The position numbers and the translations under genes are program-made. Below the pieces are notes generated by a model. It was not told where the DNA came from, made no database searches, and saw only the letters and a program-made list of their open reading frames with translations. Positions 45,705-57,796 of a DNA stretch of 64,000 nt are shown one piece after another (the stretch's first letter is position 1; each line of letters starts with the position of its first letter). Source of the stretch: Stegostoma tigrinum (Eukaryota); contig NC_081380.1 of assembly GCF_030684315.1 (NCBI RefSeq), forward strand, positions 34,870,705-34,934,704. Direction: 5' to 3'.

Positions 45705-46652
45705 ACTATCTGGATGAGAATATAGAAGGCATGGTTAGTAAGTTTGTGGATGACACCGAAATTGGTGGCATTGTAGACCATGAAGAGGGTTTTTAAAATT
45801 GTAAAGGGATCTTCATCAAATGGGTCAATGGGCTGAAAAATGGCAGATAGAGTTCAATCTGGATAAATGCAAGGTATTGCATTTTAGTACTACAAACAAG
45901 GGTAGGGCTTATACATTTAATGGTAGGGCCTTAGGTAGCATTGTAGTACAGAGAGACATGGGGGTGCAGGTGCATAATTCTTTAAAGTTTGCATCACGTG
46001 TAGACAGGCTGGTTAAAAAGGCATTTGGCACGCTTGCCTTCATTGCTCAGTCCTTTGAGTATAGGAGTTGGGATGTTATTTTGATGTTGTACCGGGCATT
46101 GGTGAAGTCTCTTCTGGAATACTATGTCCAGTTCTGGTCACCTAGTTATAGGAGGGATATTACCAGGGTAGAGTGGGTTGAGAAGAGATTTACCAGGATG
46201 TTGGTGGGTATGGAAAGTATGAGTTATAAGGAAAGGCTGGATAGGCTGGGACTTTTTTCACTGGAGTGCAGGAGGGTGAGAGGTGACCTGATCGGAGTGT
46301 ATAAAGTAATGAGAGTATAGATAGAGTTGGTGGCAGTTGTCTTTTCCCTAGGATTGGGGATTTCAAGACTAGGGGGGCACATTTTTAAGGTGAGAGGAGA
46401 GAGATATAAAAAAGACATAAGGGCAAATTTTTTACTCAGAGGGTGGTTCACTTCTGGAATGAACTTCCTGAGAAGTGGTTGATGTGGGTACAATTACAGC
46501 ATTTAAAAGATAGTTGGATGGATATATGAATAGGAAAGGTCTGGAGGGATATGGGCAAGTAGCTAGTAGGATATGGGACTACTTTGGTTTGGGATTATAT
46601 TTGGCATAGATTGACTGGACCAATGGGTTTGTTCCTGTGCTGTATGACTCTC
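45705..46652 (+). mobile_element. CR1 LINE ORF2 3' part
   Basis: KFVDDT and WAEKWQIEFNLDKCKVLHF motifs. Confidence 0.92.
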
Positions 46653-46654
46653 TG

Positions 46655-48120
46655 AGTCGATTCTTTGCAGCATTCTTGAGTACGGGTGAGGTCCTGGAGG
46701 ACTGGAGAATTGCTAATGTTGTCCCCTTGTTTAAGAAGGGCAGCAAGGATAATCCAGGTAATTATAGACCGGTGAGCCTGACGTCAGCAGTGGGAAGCTG
46801 CTGGAGAAGATACAGAGGGATAGGATCTATTTACATTTGGAAGAAAATGGGATTATTCGTGATAGGCAGCATGGTTTTGTGCAGGGAAGGTCTTGTCTTA
46901 CCAACTTGATAGAATTCTTCAAGGAAGTAACAAAGTTGATAGATGAGGGAAGGGCTGTAGATGTCATATACATGGGCTTCAGTAAGGCATTTGATAAGGT
47001 TCCCCATGGTAGGCTGATGGAGAAAGTGAAGTTGCATGGGGTCCATGGTGTACTAGCCAGATGGACAGAGAATTGGCTGGCAACAGGAGACAGAGAGTTG
47101 TAGTGGAAGGAAGTTTCTCCAAATGGAGAACCGTGACCAGTGGTGTTTCACAGGGATCTGTGCTGGGACCACTGTGTTTGTGATATACATAAAAGATCTG
47201 GAGGAAGGTATAGATGGTCTGATTAGCAAGTTTGCAGATGACACTAAGATTGGTGGAGTAGCAGACAGTGAAGGGGACAGTCGGAGAATGCAGCAGAATA
47301 TAGATAGACTGGAGAAATGGCAGATGGAGTTCAATCCAGGCAAATGCGAGGTGATGCATTTTGTAAGATCCAATTCAAGAGGAAACTATACGGTAAATGG
47401 AAAAGCCCTGGGGAAAATTAATGCACAGAGAGATCTGGGTGTTCAGTCCATTGTACCCTGAAGGTGGGAACGCAGATCGATTGAGTGGTCGAGAAGGCAT
47501 ACGGCATGCTTTCATTCATTGGACGGGGTATTGAGTACAAGAGTTGGCAGGTCATGTTGCAGTTCTATAGGACTTTGATTCAACCACATTTGGAATACTG
47601 AGCACAGTTCTGGTCGCCACATTACCAAACGAATGTGGATGATTTGGTGAGAGTGCAGAGGAGGTTCACTATGATGTTGCCTGGTATGGAGGGCGCTAAC
47701 TATGAAGAGAGGTTGAGTAGATTAGGGTAGAAAGATGGAGGTTGAGGGGCGACCTGATTGAGGCCTACAAAATCATGAAAGGTATAGAGAGGGTGGATAC
47801 TAGAAGGTTTTTCCCAGAGTGGGGTCTCAATTACTAGGGGTCACGATTTCAAGGTGTGAGGGGAAAAGTTTAAGGGAAATAGGCGTGGGAAGTTCTTTAC
47901 GCAGAGAGTGGTGGATGCCAGTGGAGGTGGTAGAGGCGGGCACGATAGTGTCATTTAAGATGTACCTAGACAGATACATGAATGGGCAGGGAGCAGAGGG
48001 ATAAAGATCCTTGGAAAATAGGTGACAGGTTTAGATAGAGGATCTGGATCGGCACAGGCTTGGAGGGCCAAAGGGCCTGTTCCTGTGCTGTAATTTTCTT
48101 TGTTCTTTGTTCTTTGTTCT
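46655..48120 (+). mobile_element. CR1 LINE RT domain and 3' end with (TGTTCTT)n tail
   Basis: NYRPVSLTS, QHGF..SCLTNL, FSKAFDKVPH, SKFADDTK; frameshifted. Confidence 0.95.
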
Positions 48121-49245
48121 GTGACTACACCTGAAAACTATGTAGTTGGCTGTGAAGTGTTTTGGCATGCCCAGAGATGTTGAAAGGTGCTATATAATTG
48201 TTAAATCTTCCATTACAAACACACTAGTTCTATTCCTGAATGGGGAGAATAAGCGTTGCTGGGGATAATTTCACTTTAAATTAATTGCTGGGTGGAAAAT
48301 ATGCGATTGTGAGTTGGCAGCTCTTTTCACACTGGATATAATGTTCCTTTTCAGTGTGGACCTGCTGGTTTATTACAACCTTCATTATGTGTTTAGTGAT
48401 ATCATTTTCTAAGAGTAAGTGGCAGTTTCTTGGTAGCCAAAACTGTCAGCCCCCAAGACCGTGTTGCTATTTAAAAGTGGTGCCTGTACAGGGTAGTTTG
48501 AACAAAGTCCGCTGAACTATCACAGAACTTTTAACAACACAGAAAGAGGCCCTTCCGTCTGTACTGGCTCTCAAATCAGGGACCAACTAAAGCTTTGGGC
48601 AACTGCTGCCAAGATGCAATAGGGAAAGACCACCATCCAAGGTCTTTTTACTGAAATTAAATGGGTGTCCCTTCAGTTATCAGACCACCATCATAGCGTC
48701 TCAAATACATGTAAATATGGTCTTGTGCAAGTAAGAAATGTCATTAGTTTGATGTTAGAGCGAGCCAAACTCGAATACTTGCCCGTTTCTTCTTATGCTA
48801 CTGTGCAGAACTGAACTGCTTTAGGGACTCCATGTTTACATATTTATATTTATGAATAAAGTACGTTTTTGAAATGAGAAAAAGCTCTCCAAATCAGCAT
48901 ATTGCATAATGCCAGTCTTCTGTCTTCTTCTCGAAACTCAGGGTTTAGCTCCTTTCCAAACAAGCAGGTAATTTATTGGTGAATGGCTTCCACCTCAATC
49001 TCAATGCAATTCCTGATCCTAAGCATTCACTGAAAAAGTGCATAAGCTTTTCCTAATATTGTTTTTGCTTCTTTGACTGATTAATTTAAATCTGTACCTT
49101 CTCCTTTCTGAATAAGTACACTTCCTCAAGCTCCCAGCCTAACCATATTCCCTCCGGCCTCTATGTATGGAACTTATAGACATGTTATGAGCCCATCATA
49201 AGAAATACTTAATTTATGACTCAAATCATTCTGACACAAAATACA

Positions 49246-49251
49246 TTTATT
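49246..49251 (-). terminator. Candidate poly(A) signal of the minus-strand RAP1GAP2-like transcript
   Basis: tttatt (AATAAA on minus) at the end of a repeat-poor, UTR-like AT-rich stretch. Confidence 0.35.
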
Positions 49252-51229
49252 ATCTGTAGCATCACACGGAAACATGGGCAAAATATACAAACATGGATTT
49301 TTGATATCCTCCAGTTTTTACATCACAACAAAAGAAATTTGCCAAGGTAGCAATAAATTAATTATACAATATTTACATCCGTGGATAGATCAGGCAGCTT
49401 CATAAAGCTCTGTCACATCTCATTAACAGTTCCACACACATAATCCTAACCATTCACTTCAGTTCACCTCATAAAGGCCTCAATTGTAGGTCTCGATTCC
49501 ACTGTTTCAAATTTCAAATCTTCTGCATTCTGTGTTTGATCAATACATGTTGGCAGGACTGTAGCTCCAGGAACCTCTTGCATTTCAAAGATTACACCTA
49601 CTGGGGCATGTTTATATGTATGTGTGACAGTGGGTTGGAAGAAAAATCACATTACAGACACATTAGCATTAGGTTGTGTCTATTGGTGTTAAGTGATGCC
49701 ATCAACTGCAATGAGGATTGTGCTTTTAATGGCACCGTCACAAAGGCAAAAGAACGCCAAATGTTAGCGAAAATATTCAGAGAAATGGCCAACAAAATAG
49801 ACCCCAAGGAGACTTCTACTAGCAGGTCCCAAAGGGGCAAGGAAAAATGCTTCAGCCAGTGAGATGGCTGATGTGTTTGACAACTTGGTGACAGTCTGGT
49901 ACAGATGTACAGCCCGCCAGAGTTTGACAATATCAGATATGCCAATGCGCCAGGTCTCTGCAATCAGGGTTCCCTTACAGAGCCTGTCCAATCCATCTCC
50001 CTTTGACCTGCAACTTAGCTCAGCCCAGGGCTCAGGAGGGCAAAAAGCCTGGCTGACCAGCTCGTTCCTTGAGCTAATCTCACTGAGTGACAGAAATCCT
50101 GTGTGATTTTCACCACTCTGCAGCATCAGCAAGAACATGTCTCCCAACAATGAATATTCTCGTTGCTCTAACAGTGTGTGAAGTTTCAAACTCATGACTA
50201 TGGGGAAAGTGCCCACCAGTTAGAGGCTCACTGAATGTTTCATTCCCTCTATCCTTTGAGCATTTTAAACAAACAGAATTACAAATTAAGCTGAATTTTA
50301 TGGTTTATCTAAAAGACATAGTAAGATTTATCCAGACTTGAATACTTAATAAATATTTTCCATAAACCTGTCAGCCATTTTGCTCAATCTGACAATGGTG
50401 AAAGTCATACTCAGAAAATCAAGATGGCAGAACTGATGTCTGGTTATAGGCTGTGATAATACCTGAGATATTAAGGTGCAGCTTGTTCATTATATAAGGT
50501 AGATTCTTGTGTTTCTATTTCTCTGTTTATCATTCCTTTGTGGACAGTTTGATATTTTTGTAATGTCTGAAAGAAAATACATTCATGCGTAATGAGGTGA
50601 ATCCCTCTTGGGTGCCCATGCAGGGGGCGAGAGACTGTACAGGAAAGTGTGGGGAACCAGGATCTAACCTCTACCTGTCACCACACTAGGGCAAGAAGTT
50701 TTCCAAGATGCAAGAAGTGGGGAGTACAACTTTAAATTCCAACACCTGAGGATACTGTGGTTGATTACACGCGAAGTCTTGCAAATTCTTTTCAGATTTT
50801 AGTGACCTCACATAAGAATACAGAAGACTTGATTTTGATTTTGCACCATACAAAATGACTTTCATTAAACCAGTGATTAGACAGTCGCTGGGCATCAGGT
50901 AGGCTCCTAAATCTGCTGCCTCTAAAATCATGGGTGATTTATAGTCAATTCAATGAGATGTATCTTACAGAGGGCCAACATATGACAGAATCATCAGTTG
51001 TCTCCTGTGGATGTGATGTTAAAAATAATCGTTCCAGTTCTGAAATAAGGCCAAGAATACAAAATGTGTATTAAAATGCTTGGGAAATATTTTAGAATTC
51101 CACAGAGAAGATCTTGCCAGATTCTGTCCCTGCCTTTTTCTTCTAGGGTGAAGAGTTTTTACACGGTGCAGACTTCAGTGATAGACTGGATAATAACTGG
51201 TCAAGCACATTTCATTTGTGACAGGCTTG

Positions 51230-51620
51230 TGAGAGGAATAGACAGAAGGGACGAGTATGGAGTTAAAATGAGTAGAAAAGAGAGCAGTGAGTGAGTGGGG
51301 AGACATTAAGGAAACAGATAGAATGGAAATCCACTTGAATGAGAGAGAGAAAGAGAGACAAAGGAGCAAGAAGGAGAGAGAAAGTATAAATAAGTTGATG
51401 AGAATGAAAGGAGACAACACAACGAGAAGTTTAGATGGGCGACAATACATGTGGAAACCTAACAGAAAGGCTCGAGTTAGAGATTTAACAGGAAGTAGAA
51501 AGACAAGAGTAACTAGGAATTAGCAAGTGAGGGAGAGAGAGCAAAGGAGACATAGGAGATAAAGAAAACAGAAAAAAAGTGAGGATGAGTTAGAGGGAAG
51601 TGAGTGGGGTGAGTCAGAGA
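51230..51620 (+). repeat. Purine-rich (GA) low-complexity tract
   Basis: About 390 nt of strongly A/G-biased sequence. Confidence 0.7.
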
Positions 51621-54600
51621 TAATTGTCAAATCTTTGGTCCAGATTACTTCACATTCAGATCTGTAAGATAGTAGACCCAGTGTGATCCAATCCCTAAAG
51701 GATTCAAATGCTCATCGTGGCAGGGCACCCAGGCAGCCCTCTTACAGTTTTGTAATCTCGCATTCTTTTAACGTTGACACAAATTCCAACATGCAATTTT
51801 TATACTATGTTGTCTGAATTAGCTGATACTCAGTCTATACAGAGGTTATGACTTAATCCTCACAATAAAAACACTCCAAATCAGCTGGTGAGAACTGTAC
51901 ACATTTATCCACAGGTTTTGGCCCTTGATAGCGACAAATAAAAACATGGCAATTATTGTCAAAATCTTAACAGCAGAAAGGTTCTCTCGGTCACCCCTGG
52001 GCTGATTTGGGCAGCAAACATGGCATTTTTTTTTAAAAAAGCTCTCTCTACTAAATGGTGTTTGACAATTTCACTGTAACTATTAATTAATTAAAAATTC
52101 AACTTGAAGATACAATACTCACTGACCAATCATTTTCTGAGTGGTGTCACATTTCTGAAAGTGGAAAACATCATTCCACATCAAAGTGCGGAGTGTATCA
52201 AACACTATCCAACAGGAGAGTACCAATGTGAGGCCAGGCATTGAGGGCTTTTACAAAATAAAGGAGTTCTGTTTCTCGTGCCAATTTCAATACTAAATAA
52301 AGTAGGCTTGGAACAACAAGAGAGAACCAGGGAATAGTTGGCAGCTCTCCCAGGGCTAGAGGAGAATGTCTGCACCAAACTGCAATATTCTTGAATCTCA
52401 AGCAGGCTTTAAATTAAGAATTGAGGTTTACTTCTGTACAACAGACACTGTTTTGTGATGTTCACCTTCAGAAAGGGAAACAGAACGGGGACAAGACTAT
52501 TAAAAATTACTAGATGGGGTGGGCATGGTAGAGTTTGGATCTCTCACATATAGTAGTGGTTCTTGGGTCAGGGTGGCACCATGGGTTAGGGCACTTGTAT
52601 GTGGCAGCCTTGGGGTTAGCTCTAGTAATTGTTGGGGTTCAGGAGCACATGGCCTTGGTGCCACAGAAATGGGGTGGAGGGCAGCTCAGGTCAGATTCAC
52701 TTCAGTTCCCAAACTGTGCAACAGGTGAGAAATCATTTCTTACCATCCAGTGCTCAGCTAGAAGTGGCAATCTGGGAACAGATCTGGTGCCCACCGTCTG
52801 ACTTTCAAAACCCAAGGACCACATTGACCAAGAAAAGGAGATAAAATAAAACTGGAAAGGAAAATACTTGAAGCTTTCACATTGTTCAGGGAACAAACTA
52901 AAATGAATTATAATCTTGTTGAACACATTTTACTGTAATCCTTCAGTGATACATTTGCCCAGTACCGGGAAAGGCAGATTTTTTGTAACTTTGCACATAT
53001 TTAACATTTAAATGTAACATCAGATATACGTACGACAAACCTAGCAGGACACAATGGACAGTTTTGTTAATTGGCAGTGTAAACATGGTGAATAACAGGT
53101 TACAACGCAAAGTTTAGGCTCTGTTACAATTACTGTGCAAAGCAACATCAGCAGGGATTCAGGTACGGCCGCCCCACTGCCTCAGGATGACTAGACGAGG
53201 GAGGACGTGTTTGAAGATTGACATCGCTGTAGTCTCCTAGTTTTGCTGCTCTCTGTCCTCAGACAGGAGGCAGTTACATTACCCCAAATGTTTTCCTGAT
53301 GGGCTTGGAGGCCTCAAGGAGGTCTGTTTTTAGGATATGTCGGAGCTCCTTCAATATCCATCCCAGGTACATCCCATTGCAAGTTGTAAAGAAGCATGCT
53401 TATGACTTTTAAAACAGTATCTCCAATGGTCAAGTGGCCAAAGGAAGCTACATTTCAGAAGGCTGCAGAACCACACAAGGGAAGGACAGGTAGGGGACAT
53501 TGAAGGTTATCCATACGGTGTTGCCTCGTACACACATCAGACTGCTTAAACCATTACAATTACACATCACCAAGTGGGTCCTAAATAGGTTTACTGTGAA
53601 GCTGGAGTGGACTACCTGAACCCCAGTAACAGCAGATATAGGACAGAGTTTCCTGGCAATTTCCAGCCTCCCAGGGCACGGGAGGGTGTGCTTCACTTGC
53701 AGAAAGGACGGGATGCAGCTCAATGTGAACCAGCTGTAGCTATGTTTGCGGCGAATGCAAGTTTCCACTAGATGTTGGAGAGAATGAAGGGCGCCTTTAC
53801 TGTCAATGGATTATCCCTGAAATGATGTTCACTGGAAACAATTGTAGAGAGTACCGTCAGCAGGACACTCAAGATTAATGAAATTAATTATTTTCAAAAT
53901 AAATTTTAATAACAGTTTCAAAACTAGGCTTTGGTCTGTGTCATCTCACAAACTTTAATGTCTTTATGTGAAATTGCTTTGTGCACTATTTTAACTTTAT
54001 GACCTTGACAATTTTAAATTGTTTACAGCCTCCATTTAAACAAGAGTAACTAAACATTAGCTAATAACACTTTTATAAGAAATTTACAGTGCACAGTTTT
54101 CTGTCTTTGCAACAATAGCATTGACTAAAGTTATTTTCCTCATAAAATTACAGGATCCAGTAGGTGGAAATATGAGAAAGTGAAGTTTGTAACTGGTGCT
54201 CATCTGGATCCAGTTATGTCTGGGTATGACTTGCTGGTCAATACCAGTTAATAATATGTGGAATAGTGGGAGAAAACGCATCTTAATCGTCAAATATTCA
54301 ACACTTCCTTGGTTTTCTCTCCAGATATTACACACAGATATCCTCTCCATGCAGTTTTGTTCACATCTGATTAAAGACAGTGGTATCAAGAGGCGAACTG
54401 ATTGTACACAGTGCCTAAGGCTACTTTTCAGAGACCAGCAACTCAGTTCAGAAATTGATATGAAATCTTGTTGGGCTATTTTTTCATTTATCTGCCATGG
54501 GTTGTGGGTGTTGCTGGCAACTCCAGTATTTATTGCCCATCACTAATTGCCCTTGAACTGAGTGGCTTGATAGGTAATATCAGAGTCAACTATATCACTG

Positions 54601-55189
54601 TGGATCAGTGTTCCTATGTAGGCCAGAATAGGTAAGGAAGATAGACTTCCTTCCTAAATTAGTGGATCAGGTGAGTTTTTTTTGATGTTTTGTTATAGCT
54701 GCTGGGTCGCCATTACCAACTAGCTTTATATTCTAGATTGATTAATTTAGCAGCGATGGTGAGATTCTGAACCGATCTCTTCACCCTGGGTCACTGAATT
54801 ACTTACCCAGCAATATTAGCATTATGCCACCATTTCCCCACATTCATCAACTGCACAGATGGTCATGGATTTAGAACCTGAGCTATGAAGGCAGCTTATT
54901 GTCTTGCTCCGTTCCAGAGATAAAATTAGTCCTGAGGGAGCTAAAGGGCTTCAAGGAAACCAGAGCAGGAAGTTTAAGAGAAAGAGATGGTAAGCGGTTA
55001 GGTTAACGTTAATGATCTTGACAGATCTGGCAGCATCTTGGATGGAAACATAAAGTTTACATTTTGAGTCCAAACAGTTCCAGAGAAATGTCAGACCGGA
55101 CTTGAAATGTTAACCCTGTTTTTGTCTCCACAGATGCTGTCAGATCTCAAGTATCTCCAGCGTTTTTTGGTTCTACCACTAAATTGATC

Positions 55190-56640
55190 CTGAGGTGAGA
55201 GGGTCATCTTATGAGGAGGGATTGAGTAGAATGGACCAGTCTTCTCTGGAATTTATAAGAATGATAGAACATCTCATTGCAACGTATAAAGTCCTTACAG
55301 ACCTTGATTAGGTAGATGCTGTTACCCCTGGCTAGAGAGTTTAGCATCATTGGTCCCACGTTAAGCAGATGGCTTTTGAAGATTGAGACAAGGAACTTCT
55401 CTATACATAATGTTGTGAAGCTTTGGATTTCTCTACCTCAGAGACCAGTGAAGTCAATGGGTGTATCCAGGACTGAGTTAATGCGTTTTTATATGTTCAC
55501 TGAGTCACGGAATACAGGGACAAAGTGTAAATGTTGAGATGTTGTCTCAGCCATGATCTTACTGAATGATGGGTCACTCTTCAGTGGGTATAATTTACCC
55601 CAGCTCCCATCTCTTGTGTTCTACTCCGCACCTGCTGTTTTCATTTTAGATGTGCAACGTTTGTTTACTTTAGTAATCAGCCCAGTGAACTTTCGCAGCA
55701 CCTGACTGAGGTAATTGTTATCTTTCCTTTGGCAAAGAGACAAAATATTGTGTATGGAATCTCCTATAAAGTGCTCCAGGATTATGTAGAGTGCCCAAAT
55801 TTGTATAAAACTGCAGCAAGGTTTCCGCTAGTAAATACCTACTATCCATACCCTGAAGTCTTCTACCTCCCATTTAATTCCTTACCTATTTACTTGACTA
55901 ATACTTGGAATGGACTGGCATTTTATGACAGAAGATTGAACAGGCTAGGATTGTATTCACTGGAATTTAGAAGAGCAAGAAGTGACTTGAATGGAACATA
56001 TCACAGAGTCACAAAGTCACAGACTCATACAGCATGGAAATAGACACTTTGATCTAACTTGTCCATACCAATCAGATAATCTAAATTATTCCAGTTCCAT
56101 TTGCTAGAATTTGGCCCATATTCCTCTAACCCCTTCCTATTCCTATACCCATTCAGATGCCTTTTAAATATTGTAATTCAGATTCTGAGCGGTCTTGACA
56201 TGGAAGATGTGGAGAGGTTGAACGAATCAAGAACTAGGGGTGACTGTTTAAAGAAAAGCGGTTACCTTTTTAAGATAGAGACAAATAATTTTTTGTTTAG
56301 AGGATCAAAGAGTCATAGAGGTCTACAGCACATAAAAAGGCCCCTCAGCCCATTGCATCCGAATAAGTCAAATATACTCCCATTTCCCAGCGCTTGGCCT
56401 ATAGCCTTGGCATTATGAATCTTTGGAACTGTCTTCCTCATAATGCGGAGGATAAGAAGTTTTTGAAATTTTTAAGTCAGAGGGAGATGGATTCTTGCTC
56501 AGCAAGGGGTAAAATGTTATTAGGAGTAGACAGGAAAATGGAGTTGTGGTTACAATCAGATCAGTGATGGTCTTATTGAATGGTGCAGCAGGCTTGAATG
56601 GAGGGTGGCTGACTCCCGTTCCTAAGTCACATGTTCTGAC
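55190..56640 (+). mobile_element. Cluster of CR1 3' fragments, with a minus-strand piece at about 56005-56175
   Basis: LGLYSLEFRR and SRTRG motifs. Confidence 0.75.
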
Positions 56641-57719
56641 ATATTTCAAAAGGAATATGTTGATAGAACACACACATATCAGGAATGGAGATGAAGCAAA
56701 TACAAGGACTGACCTTACAAGTGCAAAATGTCGGGGGTGGGGGGCACTGACTCTGTTAGTGACCCTGCTGAAAACAATTGGAATAAAATTAACTCAGCTG
56801 CTGGTTAGCTTTTAAATGATTACTAACAATAGAAACATGAACCAGTTGTGAATTCAACAAAGTTAGATCACAACCACTGCTCCTCATTTCAAAATGCTGC
56901 AATACCTCTTTAGTGACCTCGTCCAGATAAAAAACCTCTCTTTTCTCACATGTTCCCTGGCAACCTGCTTTTCCTTTGTATATAATGAGCCAGTTAAATC
57001 ACTCCTGCTCGCCACAATGTTGCTGACCTTTCCTTTTCTTCCTCCCTTCCACCCACCCTTTTCCCCAGATTCTAAATCTGTAACTTCCTGCCAGCTCGAT
57101 GACAGAATGTAGATCTGAAATATTAACCCTGATTCTCCCCTCACAAATGCTCAAAGACCTGCTGAGTATTTCCACCATTTTCTGTTTTTGTTTCAGATTT
57201 TCAGTATCTGCAGGTTTGTATGTTGTCAGTAAGGGAGGCAGAGCACTACAGGATGTTCTAGATAGCCTGTGGGCTGGATGGAATATTGTATACTATATGG
57301 GCAGATACAATATGGGATTAATTGAACACTGTACTGATGCATGAAGGCTTAGAACCCAGCCTGCCTAGGAAGCTATTTGCTGAGAATGGGCTTACATCAC
57401 CAAAAGAAGGCCATTAACTACCAGCTTTTTGCCTGAGTAATTCAAACGTAATCCCAATACTGCTGTTTTCTCTGCCTCACCTGTTTATCTCACTACTTCT
57501 CTTCAAAGATTCCACGGTCGCTGTCTATGCCCAGTGTCTCCAACTACCCCCATTGAACCCTCTCAGAACAATGTAAACATAAATTCACTGAGCCTAGAAG
57601 CTGCTTAACGACTATGATCGTGACGAAGGTTATCGTGAGAAAATGCTTTAACTGAGAAGTTATTCAATGTGTCAAATTCACGACAAAGAAAGGGCCGGAC
57701 TTGGTGGCCCGGTACTTAC

Positions 57720-57796
57720 TGGATTTGAGCTGTAATGGAGTTTATCAAATCTGAATTTCAAAGTAGTTCTTGGAGAAGTTTTACACTTGGCTGTAT
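57720..57796 (-). CDS. RAP1GAP2: RAP1GAP2-like exon (DTAKCKTSPRTTLKFRFDKLHYSSNP)
   Basis: Acceptor cctccacag and donor gtaagt; lies within ORF 57678-57869. Confidence 0.9.

Noticed and set aside
49536-50216. Overlapping 100-150 aa ORFs on both strands
   Set aside because: No recognisable domain and no convincing splice sites; more likely 3' UTR or intergenic sequence of the minus-strand gene.
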